This document shows, one piece after another, positions 25,120 to 32,526 of a stretch of 46,790 bases of DNA (positions within the stretch are counted from its first letter, which is position 1; each line of letters starts with the position of its first letter). Both the position numbers and the translations under genes were made by a program. The stretch comes from Candidatus Saccharimonadota bacterium (GTDB lineage: Bacteria > Patescibacteriota > Saccharimonadia > Saccharimonadales > Saccharimonadaceae): the NCBI GenBank assembly GCA_037140095.1, contig JBAXFD010000001.1, positions 1 through 46,790 on the forward strand, in the 5' to 3' direction. Under the pieces are notes generated by a model. The model was not told where the DNA came from. It saw only the letters and a list, made by a program, of their open reading frames with translations, and searched no databases.

Positions 25120-25195
25120 TGGAGCCCAAGGACAGACTTTAACTGTCGACCTCCTGGAAACTTTCCAGTTGCTCTCTCTTCTGAGCTACTCGGGC
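25120..25195 (-). ncRNA. tRNA-like element: canonical 76-nt cloverleaf with non-canonical anticodon loop (non-decoding or pseudo-tRNA)
   Basis: Reverse complement: GCCCGAG-TA-GCTC-AGAAGAGA-GAGC-A-ACTGG-AAAGTTT-CCAGG-AGGTC-GACAG-TTAAAGT-CTGTC-CTTGGGC-T-CCA. U8, A14, A21, G53, T54, T55, A58 and C61 are present; U33 and R37 are absent. Confidence 0.6.
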
Positions 25196-25816
25196 ATGGT
25201 TTAATAAACTGTCTGTAATTATATCACAATATTCTTGGGGGGTTTTCAGTGACATCTCTATTGCCTTAAACCCTAATTTGATCAACTTAGATTTGACCAG
25301 GTTATTATTTAATTCATAGTCCTGATATCTTATTGCAAAGTCTTCGTAGCTATCGCCATCTCTTGTCTTTAAAAGTTCTTTGCAGTCTGGGCAGCAAGTT
25401 TGTTCGGTTGATTGGTAATCGCAATTAGGACAAACTTTTCTGTCTTTTATCCTATCCCATGCGTCTTCGTGGCTAATATTTATGTTAAACACAAATCCCG
25501 GCAATAGGGAATTATCCTCCATTATGTCTTCTAGAACTTCTACTTCTCTTTCAAATTTTGGGAAGCCGTCGACTAAGATTATTTTTTCAGAATTTATTAT
25601 TGGTTTTTCTATCAACTTTTTTATTATCGGTTTTGGGTATTCTTCTAAATTATTTATATAGCTTAGCAATTTTTTACCAAATTTAGTTTTTAGCTCAATT
25701 TCCTGTCTGGCTAATTTACCTACGGACAAGTATTCTATGTCTTTTGGTAGCAGATTTGCTGCCGTGGTTTTTCCTGCGCCAGGGGCTCCGTATAATATGT
25801 TGATTTCTGACATCAC
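25139..25816 (-). CDS. adenylate kinase family protein (Zn-lid type)
   Basis: GAPGAGKTT P-loop and lid CPNCDYQSTEQTCCPDC. The last 18 codons plus the stop are the 5' part of the tRNA-like element read in frame. Confidence 0.7.
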   Translation of the reverse strand: MMSEINILYGAPGAGKTTAANLLPKDIEYLSVGKLARQEIELKTKFGKKLLSYINNLEEYPKPIIKKLIEKPIINSEKIILVDGFPKFEREVEVLEDIMEDNSLLPGFVFNINISHEDAWDRIKDRKVCPNCDYQSTEQTCCPDCKELLKTRDGDSYEDFAIRYQDYELNNNLVKSKLIKLGFKAIEMSLKTPQEYCDIITDSLLNHARVAQKREQLESFQEVDS

Positions 25817-26331
25817 TATTCCTCTGTCTTGTCTGTATCGCCTAGGACTCTTTCTATAGCAATAATTTTAAAGACGTCCGTGTTACCGTTACCTATGGTG
25901 AATTCGTCTCCAATCGTTTTGTTAATCATAGCTATTGCTATAGGAGCATCATAGGATATTACGTCATTGTCATAATCAGATTCTAGTGCCCCCAATATAG
26001 TTAAAGTATCCACGTCACTAGCATCATTAATGTTTTGGTAAGTTACCTTACTGCCGATCCAAACGACTTCCTTTGACTTAGTAATGAACTCTTCAGAATT
26101 TTCTACTAATATGGCAGATGCACGCATACCTATAAGCCTTTGTCGTTCGGCTGGGAGCTCTTGGTGAAATCTTGCCCTTATTTCCTTTGCAATTATGTTC
26201 TCTGGTAAGTCAGGATCATCAGCACAAGCTTCGCCCAATTCGCGCCGCAAATCTTTAACCTTTTTATCATGATTGTCTATTGAGGTTTCGAGTTTTTCTA
26301 GCCCTTTTTTTGTAAAGTAAACGCCTTCCAT
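25816..26331 (-). CDS. GreA/GreB/Rnk-family transcription factor paralogue
   Basis: N-terminal coiled coil with DLPEN (compare GreA DLKENAEY) and a C-terminal domain ...ISYDAPIAIAMINKTIGDEF (compare GreA ISVNSPIARGLIGK). Confidence 0.7.
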   Translation of the reverse strand: MEGVYFTKKGLEKLETSIDNHDKKVKDLRRELGEACADDPDLPENIIAKEIRARFHQELPAERQRLIGMRASAILVENSEEFITKSKEVVWIGSKVTYQNINDASDVDTLTILGALESDYDNDVISYDAPIAIAMINKTIGDEFTIGNGNTDVFKIIAIERVLGDTDKTEE

Positions 26332-26392
26332 ATCGACCTTTCTGCACTAAAAGTTGTATATATTAATATACTATAATAAATAACGTTAAAAA

Positions 26393-27322
26393 TCAAGGAT
26401 AAATAGTTAATTGACTAATTGCAGAATCACCAGCGCTACGTTCTTGCATTTTTTTAGTGATCTCTGATAGATCATTTTCATCGCATAATATCCTTAAGTC
26501 TCTTTTTATTTCTTCGCTGTTTGGCGTATGGACGCCTTGCCCGGCATAAAACAGTAGGGGTATATTTACAGAGTTGTGGACCCCATTAGAGGCTATATCG
26601 CCGCTGACAAGATGCCTATAAGCACCTATGGGATCAAGCGCAATAGATGACTGTGGTGATATCGATGAACCATTGATATGCCCTGCAAGTGACTTGTATG
26701 ATATATCTCCCCTCAGCGTGTTTGCCGAATAGGTTCCTTGTTTACCTCTCAGTGTACCAGACAAAAAATCACTTATAGGTAAATTGTTATCAAGATTAGA
26801 GGATGATTGGTTGGTAACTATAATTAGCTCAGATTCTTTATTTATATAATTTAGTGTTCGGGTTGGGAAGTCATAATAAGAGTCGGGCATGGCTATAGCA
26901 TGGGGGTAGAGTGACATATATTGATTTAGGCCAACTCTAATTTTTTTGTTAAATATGACATCCAGACCATTTAGTTCTAGGAGTTTTTTGCAATCGTCGG
27001 CTAATGTTAAAATCTCTGGCCTGACCAGAACTAGACCTATTCGATTTATGTCTAGTGATTCAAGACTAGCTTCTGCAGATAGTAATGACTCTGCCATATC
27101 GTCTTTGACAGATAATAATTTTTTATATTGTCTATTACGTATCAGTGAAGATATAGCTACGCCATAGATAGTATCAGCTAATACCTCATTTGCCTCTATT
27201 GCCTTTTTTGTTGGCAGAGAGCCTTCTATAGATTGTTCAATAAATTTATCATCATATAGATCAAGCATTATATCCATATTGGATTCATGCATATTTTTTA
27301 GATTGTTAGGTATATTTTCCAC
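26393..27322 (-). CDS. hypothetical protein with divergent nucleoside-diphosphate-kinase-like region
   Basis: IGLVLVRPEIL..., TLRGDI..., ...SGDIASNGVHNS and GVHTPNSEE are reminiscent of NDK (RGDF...N.IHGSDS). The start is uncertain (GTG 27322 or ATG 27292). Confidence 0.4.
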   Translation of the reverse strand: MENIPNNLKNMHESNMDIMLDLYDDKFIEQSIEGSLPTKKAIEANEVLADTIYGVAISSLIRNRQYKKLLSVKDDMAESLLSAEASLESLDINRIGLVLVRPEILTLADDCKKLLELNGLDVIFNKKIRVGLNQYMSLYPHAIAMPDSYYDFPTRTLNYINKESELIIVTNQSSSNLDNNLPISDFLSGTLRGKQGTYSANTLRGDISYKSLAGHINGSSISPQSSIALDPIGAYRHLVSGDIASNGVHNSVNIPLLFYAGQGVHTPNSEEIKRDLRILCDENDLSEITKKMQERSAGDSAISQLTIYP

Positions 27323-27437
27323 AATTTAGTAATCTCTCTATCTTTTATATAGATTATATAATATAAACTACTTTTTAGCCACAGCAGTTATTATTCTTGA
27401 TGAGATTTGTTGCAGCAATTATGATTTTATTCGGAGT

Positions 27438-27911
27438 TTATTCTACGTTCTTGATTAACAGGCTATAGTTATTAAATGAGATATCACTATTAATTTTTTT
27501 GCCAATCAGTGCGGTTGCTATGGGTGATTTGCGGCTAACTACTAATGCGCCGTCAATTTTTTTACCAGTGTTTATGGACCAGTCACCAGCGATGAAATAA
27601 TCTGTGGGTTTCTGTGTATCGTTATTTATGACCTGGACTGTTGATCCAATTCCAACTGTATTCTTCTTTTGTTTGGGCATACTAATTGCACAATTATTTA
27701 ATATTCGTTTTAGCTTTTGGCGTTCAGCGGATAACAGCGATTGATGGTCACGGACTGCTTCAAATGGTGCATTGTCATGGTAGGTCTCAGACGTTTGGTT
27801 AAAGACTTCGTAAAACCTTGGCCCCAGATCTAATATTTCTTGGTCAATTTCAGCAATTCGCTGGCGAGCGGCAATTTTATCAGATTCCAGGATTAATAAA
27901 TCTTGTTTCAT
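27438..27911 (-). CDS. GreA/GreB/Rnk-family transcription factor paralogue
   Basis: 157 aa with ...YHDNAPFEAVRDHQSLLSAERQ (compare ENAEYHAAREQQ) and C-terminal ...VSRKSPIATALIGKKINSD. Confidence 0.7.
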   Translation of the reverse strand: MKQDLLILESDKIAARQRIAEIDQEILDLGPRFYEVFNQTSETYHDNAPFEAVRDHQSLLSAERQKLKRILNNCAISMPKQKKNTVGIGSTVQVINNDTQKPTDYFIAGDWSINTGKKIDGALVVSRKSPIATALIGKKINSDISFNNYSLLIKNVE

Positions 27912-27920
27912 ATAGAATAA

Positions 27921-28400
27921 TTAAATCACACTTTTAAGGCTATTAATATTTATATATTCAACCAAAAAGTTTAATTCTTCTGGTAGTTCGGCAGATATAA
28001 ATTCTTTTAAAATATAAATTTTCTTTTTGTTAAAATATTGGGCACTGGCGATTTCTTTCATTGCGCCCCAGGCGTAACCTATACAAATAAACATATCACA
28101 TTGGCGATTAAATTCATCGGCTTGACGGTCCCAATCGCCACAAGATATTACCGTGCCAATTTTAGTATTCAAATATTCTTCGTGTCCACTTTCAATAGTC
28201 GGTATTATCAGTGATATTTTTTTACCACCAAATTCTAGGTATTTATTGCCGAAATATTCCAAAAGCGAGTCTTTGTCTGGGGTTAGAATTATTTCATTGC
28301 CAGAATCGGCCAAAATCTGGGCGACAGCATTAATTAGATGTTTTCTTGCATCAACATCCTGCCCATAGATTTTATTTGGACCAATTATTCCTATTTTCAT
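27921..28400 (-). CDS. LOG/SLOG-like Rossmann-fold nucleotide-binding protein (TIGR00725-like)
   Basis: MKIGIIGPN..., ...FGGKKISLIIP... and ...CDMFICIGYAWGAMKEIA follow the LOG/DprA-like layout. The PGGxGTxxE motif is only loosely kept. Confidence 0.45.
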   Translation of the reverse strand: MKIGIIGPNKIYGQDVDARKHLINAVAQILADSGNEIILTPDKDSLLEYFGNKYLEFGGKKISLIIPTIESGHEEYLNTKIGTVISCGDWDRQADEFNRQCDMFICIGYAWGAMKEIASAQYFNKKKIYILKEFISAELPEELNFLVEYININSLKSVI

Positions 28401-28407
28401 ATCAGAC

Positions 28408-28779
28408 TTAAACTATATTTAGCGCTTCTTTGACCTGTTGGACAACTTGGCGGGGGGTTAGATTGGCTTTGACAATATAACTGTTGACACCCAGGTTTTT
28501 CAGGGATTTTGGAGATTCTTCGATGCCTACATTGGTCAAAATGATTACCGGTACGGTTTTGCCCCATGTGCTTTTGCGGATGATTGCTAATGCTTCATCG
28601 CCATTCATTACTGGCATTTGCAGGTCTAATAGGACGATATCGGGGTTGAAAGATTCTACCAAGGCGACGCCTTGTTGCCCGTCCATCGCTAGCTGAGTTT
28701 CGAAACCATCGGCTTCAAATTTCATGCGATACATTTGGCTAATTACTGGGTCGTCTTCGATAATTGCAATCTTTGTCAT
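28408..28779 (-). CDS. single-domain response regulator (CheY-like receiver)
   Basis: IAIIEDD..., DIVLLDLQMP (phospho-Asp) and ...SYIVKA (Lys). No output domain. A TATTAT box lies 6 nt upstream of the ATG. Confidence 0.85.
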   Translation of the reverse strand: MTKIAIIEDDPVISQMYRMKFEADGFETQLAMDGQQGVALVESFNPDIVLLDLQMPVMNGDEALAIIRKSTWGKTVPVIILTNVGIEESPKSLKNLGVNSYIVKANLTPRQVVQQVKEALNIV

Positions 28780-28950
28780 AAATCTATAATACGCCAGAGC
28801 GTATGATTGCTCAAGTGCCAGCCGTCAGAATAAATGGTATAATATAGATGACCGAAACAGCGTTAGATCGCCGTCGCAGTATCCGTATTGCGTGAAAGCC
28901 TCATTTTAGGACGCTAGCATGGTTGGTGCAAGTCTAACTTGGTCAACTAA

Positions 28951-29289
28951 TTAGCAATTATATTTTTTCTTGATTTGTTCGAATCTATTTACTATATCTT
29001 CAAAATATTTTTCTAAAAATATATTATCCGGGGTATCTTTGTTGCAGCCTGGCGGAAGATAATCTTGGTCTGGTGTTAGTATCCTGCCTGGTGCACATGT
29101 TTCGAAGGATGCGGCTAGTTCTGCGAACTCTTCCAGTGCTGGCTCAATCAAGATTAGGTCATCATAATCATCACGCATCATAGTCGCTTCTATGATGCCA
29201 GATGCTATTTCGTCTTTTTTGATAGTATCGCTATTGATAAAACTATCGATTCTATCAGCAATTTCCTTTATTGAGTTATTTATATCCAT
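28951..29289 (-). CDS. hypothetical acidic protein
   Basis: 112-aa ORF. TGCTATAAT box lies 9 nt upstream of the ATG. Confidence 0.5.
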   Translation of the reverse strand: MDINNSIKEIADRIDSFINSDTIKKDEIASGIIEATMMRDDYDDLILIEPALEEFAELAASFETCAPGRILTPDQDYLPPGCNKDTPDNIFLEKYFEDIVNRFEQIKKKYNC

Positions 29290-29313
29290 ACATCACATAT
29301 TATAGCAATAAAA

Positions 29314-29339
29314 ATGCCCGTTATATTAATAACGGGCAT
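29314..29339 (-). terminator. rho-independent terminator
   Basis: ATGCCCGTTAT-atta-ATAACGGGCAT, followed on the minus strand by a T-run, just downstream of the gene ending at 29350. Confidence 0.65.
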
Positions 29340-29349
29340 GGGGCGGTTA

Positions 29350-30255
29350 TCACCGCGGCGGGTCATTTCTCCATTCGGATAGGATTTTCTCTCCATTTTC
29401 TCCAACTACGAGGTGGTAATGTTTGCCGGGGATTCCCTTATCTCTGACTATTATGTCAGTGACTATTATCCCTCTTGCATTGTTCCAGCCACTTTTTACT
29501 GTCGCATAGACTTCGGATTTTTTGTCGCCATATTGATAATCGCGACCTTTTTGAGTGTGAAATTCTTCAAGCCCAATTTTTTCATAATAGCCTGATCTCA
29601 TCGCTACTTCGCCTAGTCTGCGTTTGCGATCCTCGGTCTGTTTTTTCAACCAATTTAAATGGTCGTCAAACTCTTTCTTGGCTGCATTGAATTTTGCTTG
29701 TTTTTCTTCACATGCTGCTTTGACTGGTTTGTAGCGGGCGCTGACTTCACTGAACTCGGTTTTTAATCGAGCAGTTTTCTGCTTTGCTCTGTCAAAATTT
29801 GCCTTATTCCCGTTATTGTTGTAACGGTATTGCGAATCTTTCGATTGAGAAATATGATACCTTACATTCGCACTTGCAGACTCCATCTGTGATTTGTAGC
29901 CTTTACCCGTTTCGGACCAAGATTTTGCAGCAGCACCGTCGCGCCTGTCATGGGCGGCCGAAGCTTGTTGGTATGCTTCAACCATTTGACGGTAGTATCT
30001 GTCGCTCTCTTCCTTGTAGCTGTTAATCTTATCACTGATGTCTCGCATTACACGTTGGTGGAACTCCCAATCTGCTTGTTGTGCATCGTAAAGTTTTTTT
30101 TGTGCCTTAAAGGCCTCATCTAACTCATCATGCAATCTGGAACATTCCTTACCTAGCCGGTTTTTTTCTTCACGAATAGAGCATAACTCTTTGTAGACTC
30201 TATCTCGTGTATCGCCCAAGCTATTAAGCTTTGCATCATTTGACATTTCCTTCAC
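29350..30255 (-). CDS. coiled-coil hypothetical protein
   Basis: 301 aa, Lys/Glu/Arg/Gln-rich helical N-terminal 200 aa and a compact C-terminal domain. No catalytic motif recognised. Confidence 0.5.
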   Translation of the reverse strand: MKEMSNDAKLNSLGDTRDRVYKELCSIREEKNRLGKECSRLHDELDEAFKAQKKLYDAQQADWEFHQRVMRDISDKINSYKEESDRYYRQMVEAYQQASAAHDRRDGAAAKSWSETGKGYKSQMESASANVRYHISQSKDSQYRYNNNGNKANFDRAKQKTARLKTEFSEVSARYKPVKAACEEKQAKFNAAKKEFDDHLNWLKKQTEDRKRRLGEVAMRSGYYEKIGLEEFHTQKGRDYQYGDKKSEVYATVKSGWNNARGIIVTDIIVRDKGIPGKHYHLVVGENGEKILSEWRNDPPR

Positions 30256-30330
30256 CTCTTAATGTACGATTTTACAACTCCTTAGAACTGTAATCTATGT
30301 TATTATACCATAAAAAGCTAATTTACAATA

Positions 30331-30356
30331 ATTTACAAGGTTCAACCTCGCAATTG
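30331..30356. repeat. solo end of the MITE/REP-like repeat
   Basis: ATTTACAAGGTTCAACCTCGCAATTG versus ATTTGCAAGGTCCGACCCTGCAATGA. A 16-nt identity (AGGTTCAACCTCGCAA) is shared with the copy-2 right end. Confidence 0.55.
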
Positions 30357-30494
30357 GGTCTTGTTATTGAGAGTATAAACTAGGGTTAAGCTTGACAATA
30401 TATGGTATCATGTGTGATTATATATATTGTAAAACTAACTTTCCTCCTGTACGGGGTAGAAGAGTTGGCGTATTTTGAAAAGGAGGAATGAGAA

Positions 30495-31538
30495 ATGAAG
30501 GAATTTGATTGTAGTTGTAACCCAAAAACAGCATGGCTTACTCTGAATCGTCAATGTAATTTTCGTTGTCGTTGGTGTTATGGTGAGGATACTCATTATG
30601 ACCCGAAAGAGACAATGTCGCTTGCAATGGCCAAAGAGTTGGTTATGGTCGCGCATGAAATGGGAGTGGATCACTTTAATGTCATAGGCGGAGAACCTAC
30701 ATTATGGCCTGATCTTTTGGAATTTAATAGGTTTTGCAAAGACCTGGGTGTTACTAATTGTATTGTTACTAATGCAGCGTTGTTTGGTGATGACAGCTTT
30801 TGGGCAGAATATCAACAAAGTCCGTGCGATAACGTTTCTATATCCGTTAAAGCAGTTGGGCTTGAGCAATTTAAAGATGCTACCAAGGTTGGGATCTATG
30901 ATCAAACGATGAAGGGGATTGAAAGGGCAATTAATTTCTATCAAACTGGCGTCAGCACTGTATATAACAGTCTTGTCGGTATGGATGGATTAAAGCAAAT
31001 TGCTACTTTATGTCATGAACTTGGTGCAAAATCTTTCTTGGTTGACCTATGTTGTCCTGTAATTACTGACGAGGGCGTGTCTCTGGGATATTCTATTGAG
31101 CCGCATCAACTGGCGAATGACATCATGGAGATGCATCCATTTTTGGACGAATTGTACAATGGTAAAATCGAGATCGAGACCTACATCCCACTATGTTTAT
31201 TCCCTGAATCATTCATAGAAAAAATGCTGGGATCACGCCAAATAGCAACCATTTGTCATGTTTATGGTCGTAGTGGCCTTAATTTTGACACCAATGGTGA
31301 TGTTATGGCATGTAATCAATTACTGGGGAGCATTATAGCTCAAAAAGGGATAGACTATAATGACGGAACCAGTCTTTCAGAGCATCTTAATAGTGATGAA
31401 CTAAAGGAAGATTACAAGCAACTTCTACGCTATCCATCAGAAGAGTGTGATAAATGTCGTTGGAACGTATATTGTCGCGGGGGATGCCTAATCAACTGGA
31501 TGATATTTGATCCATCTATGTGCCACGCCATAAAGTGA
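30495..31538 (+). CDS. radical SAM/SPASM domain protein (peptide-modifying maturase candidate)
   Basis: CNFRCRWC (CxxxCxxC, residues 21-28). C-terminal SPASM: C-x13-G-x4-C then CDKCRWNVYCRGGC (Cx2Cx5Cx3C). AAGGAGGA SD. Confidence 0.85.
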   Translation: MKEFDCSCNPKTAWLTLNRQCNFRCRWCYGEDTHYDPKETMSLAMAKELVMVAHEMGVDHFNVIGGEPTLWPDLLEFNRFCKDLGVTNCIVTNAALFGDDSFWAEYQQSPCDNVSISVKAVGLEQFKDATKVGIYDQTMKGIERAINFYQTGVSTVYNSLVGMDGLKQIATLCHELGAKSFLVDLCCPVITDEGVSLGYSIEPHQLANDIMEMHPFLDELYNGKIEIETYIPLCLFPESFIEKMLGSRQIATICHVYGRSGLNFDTNGDVMACNQLLGSIIAQKGIDYNDGTSLSEHLNSDELKEDYKQLLRYPSEECDKCRWNVYCRGGCLINWMIFDPSMCHAIK

Positions 31539-31608
31539 CAAGTCTAGTCATATAAGGCTAGCGGCGTCAATTCATATGGGACGATTATTATGAAAGGAGG
31601 AGTAGGCT

Positions 31609-31731
31609 ATGAAAAAATTGCTTTCTCGAATGAATAAAGTCGGTTCCACGCGTTTCTTGGAACCAACTGATTCTCATTCCCCTAATTTCTCTGGCTGCGG
31701 AAGCCAGAACAGTCGTTGCCGTTGCAAATAA
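31609..31731 (+). CDS. 40-aa Cys-rich peptide, candidate RiPP precursor (not in ORF track)
   Basis: MKKLLSRMNKVGSTRFLEPTDSHSPNFSGCGSQNSRCRCK. AAGGAGGA lies 7 nt upstream, and a terminator follows 17 nt after the stop. Confidence 0.5.
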   Translation: MKKLLSRMNKVGSTRFLEPTDSHSPNFSGCGSQNSRCRCK

Positions 31732-31748
31732 GCTTCGGCAATAAATAA

Positions 31749-31777
31749 AGTGCTAATCATTATGATTAGCACTTTTT
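31749..31777 (+). terminator. rho-independent terminator
   Basis: AGTGCTAATCA-tta-TGATTAGCACT followed by TTTT. Confidence 0.7.
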
Positions 31778-31809
31778 AAATTCTAATTTCGCGCTATAAT
31801 ATCAAATAT

Positions 31810-32526
31810 ATGGAGTTTAAATATAAAATTCGCTATGACATCAAAAAAGATATGTGGAACTGGCGCGATTCTTTACGTTATACGTTTATGGGCCAGAATT
31901 GGATTGATAATATTGACAATGATGATGACAGGAAGATTGCCGAGCAGATTGTTGGTTTAAAAAAGCAACCTGCCGAGGCAATATTAAAGCCTTATCTTTT
32001 GGCCCAAAAAAATGATCCAAATAGCAAGTTGAGTAAATTTTTCAAAATAGCCGAAGATGATTTTCGTAACAAGTTCACGGATGCATGCTTGGTGCTAGAG
32101 AGAATCACAAAACGCCCAATGATGTCGAACAGTTTTACTTTTTATATTACGACATTTCCGGCTATGCCTTTTTTCTATGATACGTGCGAAATTTTGATGT
32201 ATGATTCGACAGAAGGTATTTGGGGCATGCCGATTGATGGTTTTTTACACGAGGGCCTGCATTACCAATTTATGCGCTACTGGCAGTTTGACGAATCTTC
32301 CCCGGTTTCTAAATTAAGCGCAGATGAATTCGATTATTTAAAAGAGGCACTAACAGTCATCTTGGATGATGAGCTTAAACCTTTAATTAGCCAGCCAGAT
32401 AATAGTTATCCGTCTCAGGTTAAATTCCGCAATATAATACACGACCATTGGCGCGAACATCATGATTTTGATAAATTGGTTGATTTTGGACTGGAAAAAT
32501 TGGGCGATTACGTAGTTAGAACATAA
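31810..32526 (+). CDS. hypothetical protein with HExxH motif (putative metallopeptidase)
   Basis: ...DGFLHEGLHYQF... A TATAAT box lies 9 nt upstream of the ATG. The last codons and stop lie in the sequence duplicated at 33400-33425. Confidence 0.5.
   Translation: MEFKYKIRYDIKKDMWNWRDSLRYTFMGQNWIDNIDNDDDRKIAEQIVGLKKQPAEAILKPYLLAQKNDPNSKLSKFFKIAEDDFRNKFTDACLVLERITKRPMMSNSFTFYITTFPAMPFFYDTCEILMYDSTEGIWGMPIDGFLHEGLHYQFMRYWQFDESSPVSKLSADEFDYLKEALTVILDDELKPLISQPDNSYPSQVKFRNIIHDHWREHHDFDKLVDFGLEKLGDYVVRT

Noticed and set aside
30410-30478. 22-aa ORF MCDYIYCKTNFPPVRGRRVGVF directly upstream of radical SAM gene 1, considered as an alternative precursor. The 79-aa minus-strand ORF 30435..30674 was also considered.
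   Set aside because: The 22-aa ORF has no SD, and its ATG lies between the candidate TTGACA -35 (30392-30397) and the -10 region. The downstream 40-aa ORF has a strong SD and a terminator. The minus-strand ORF is antisense to the radical SAM start.
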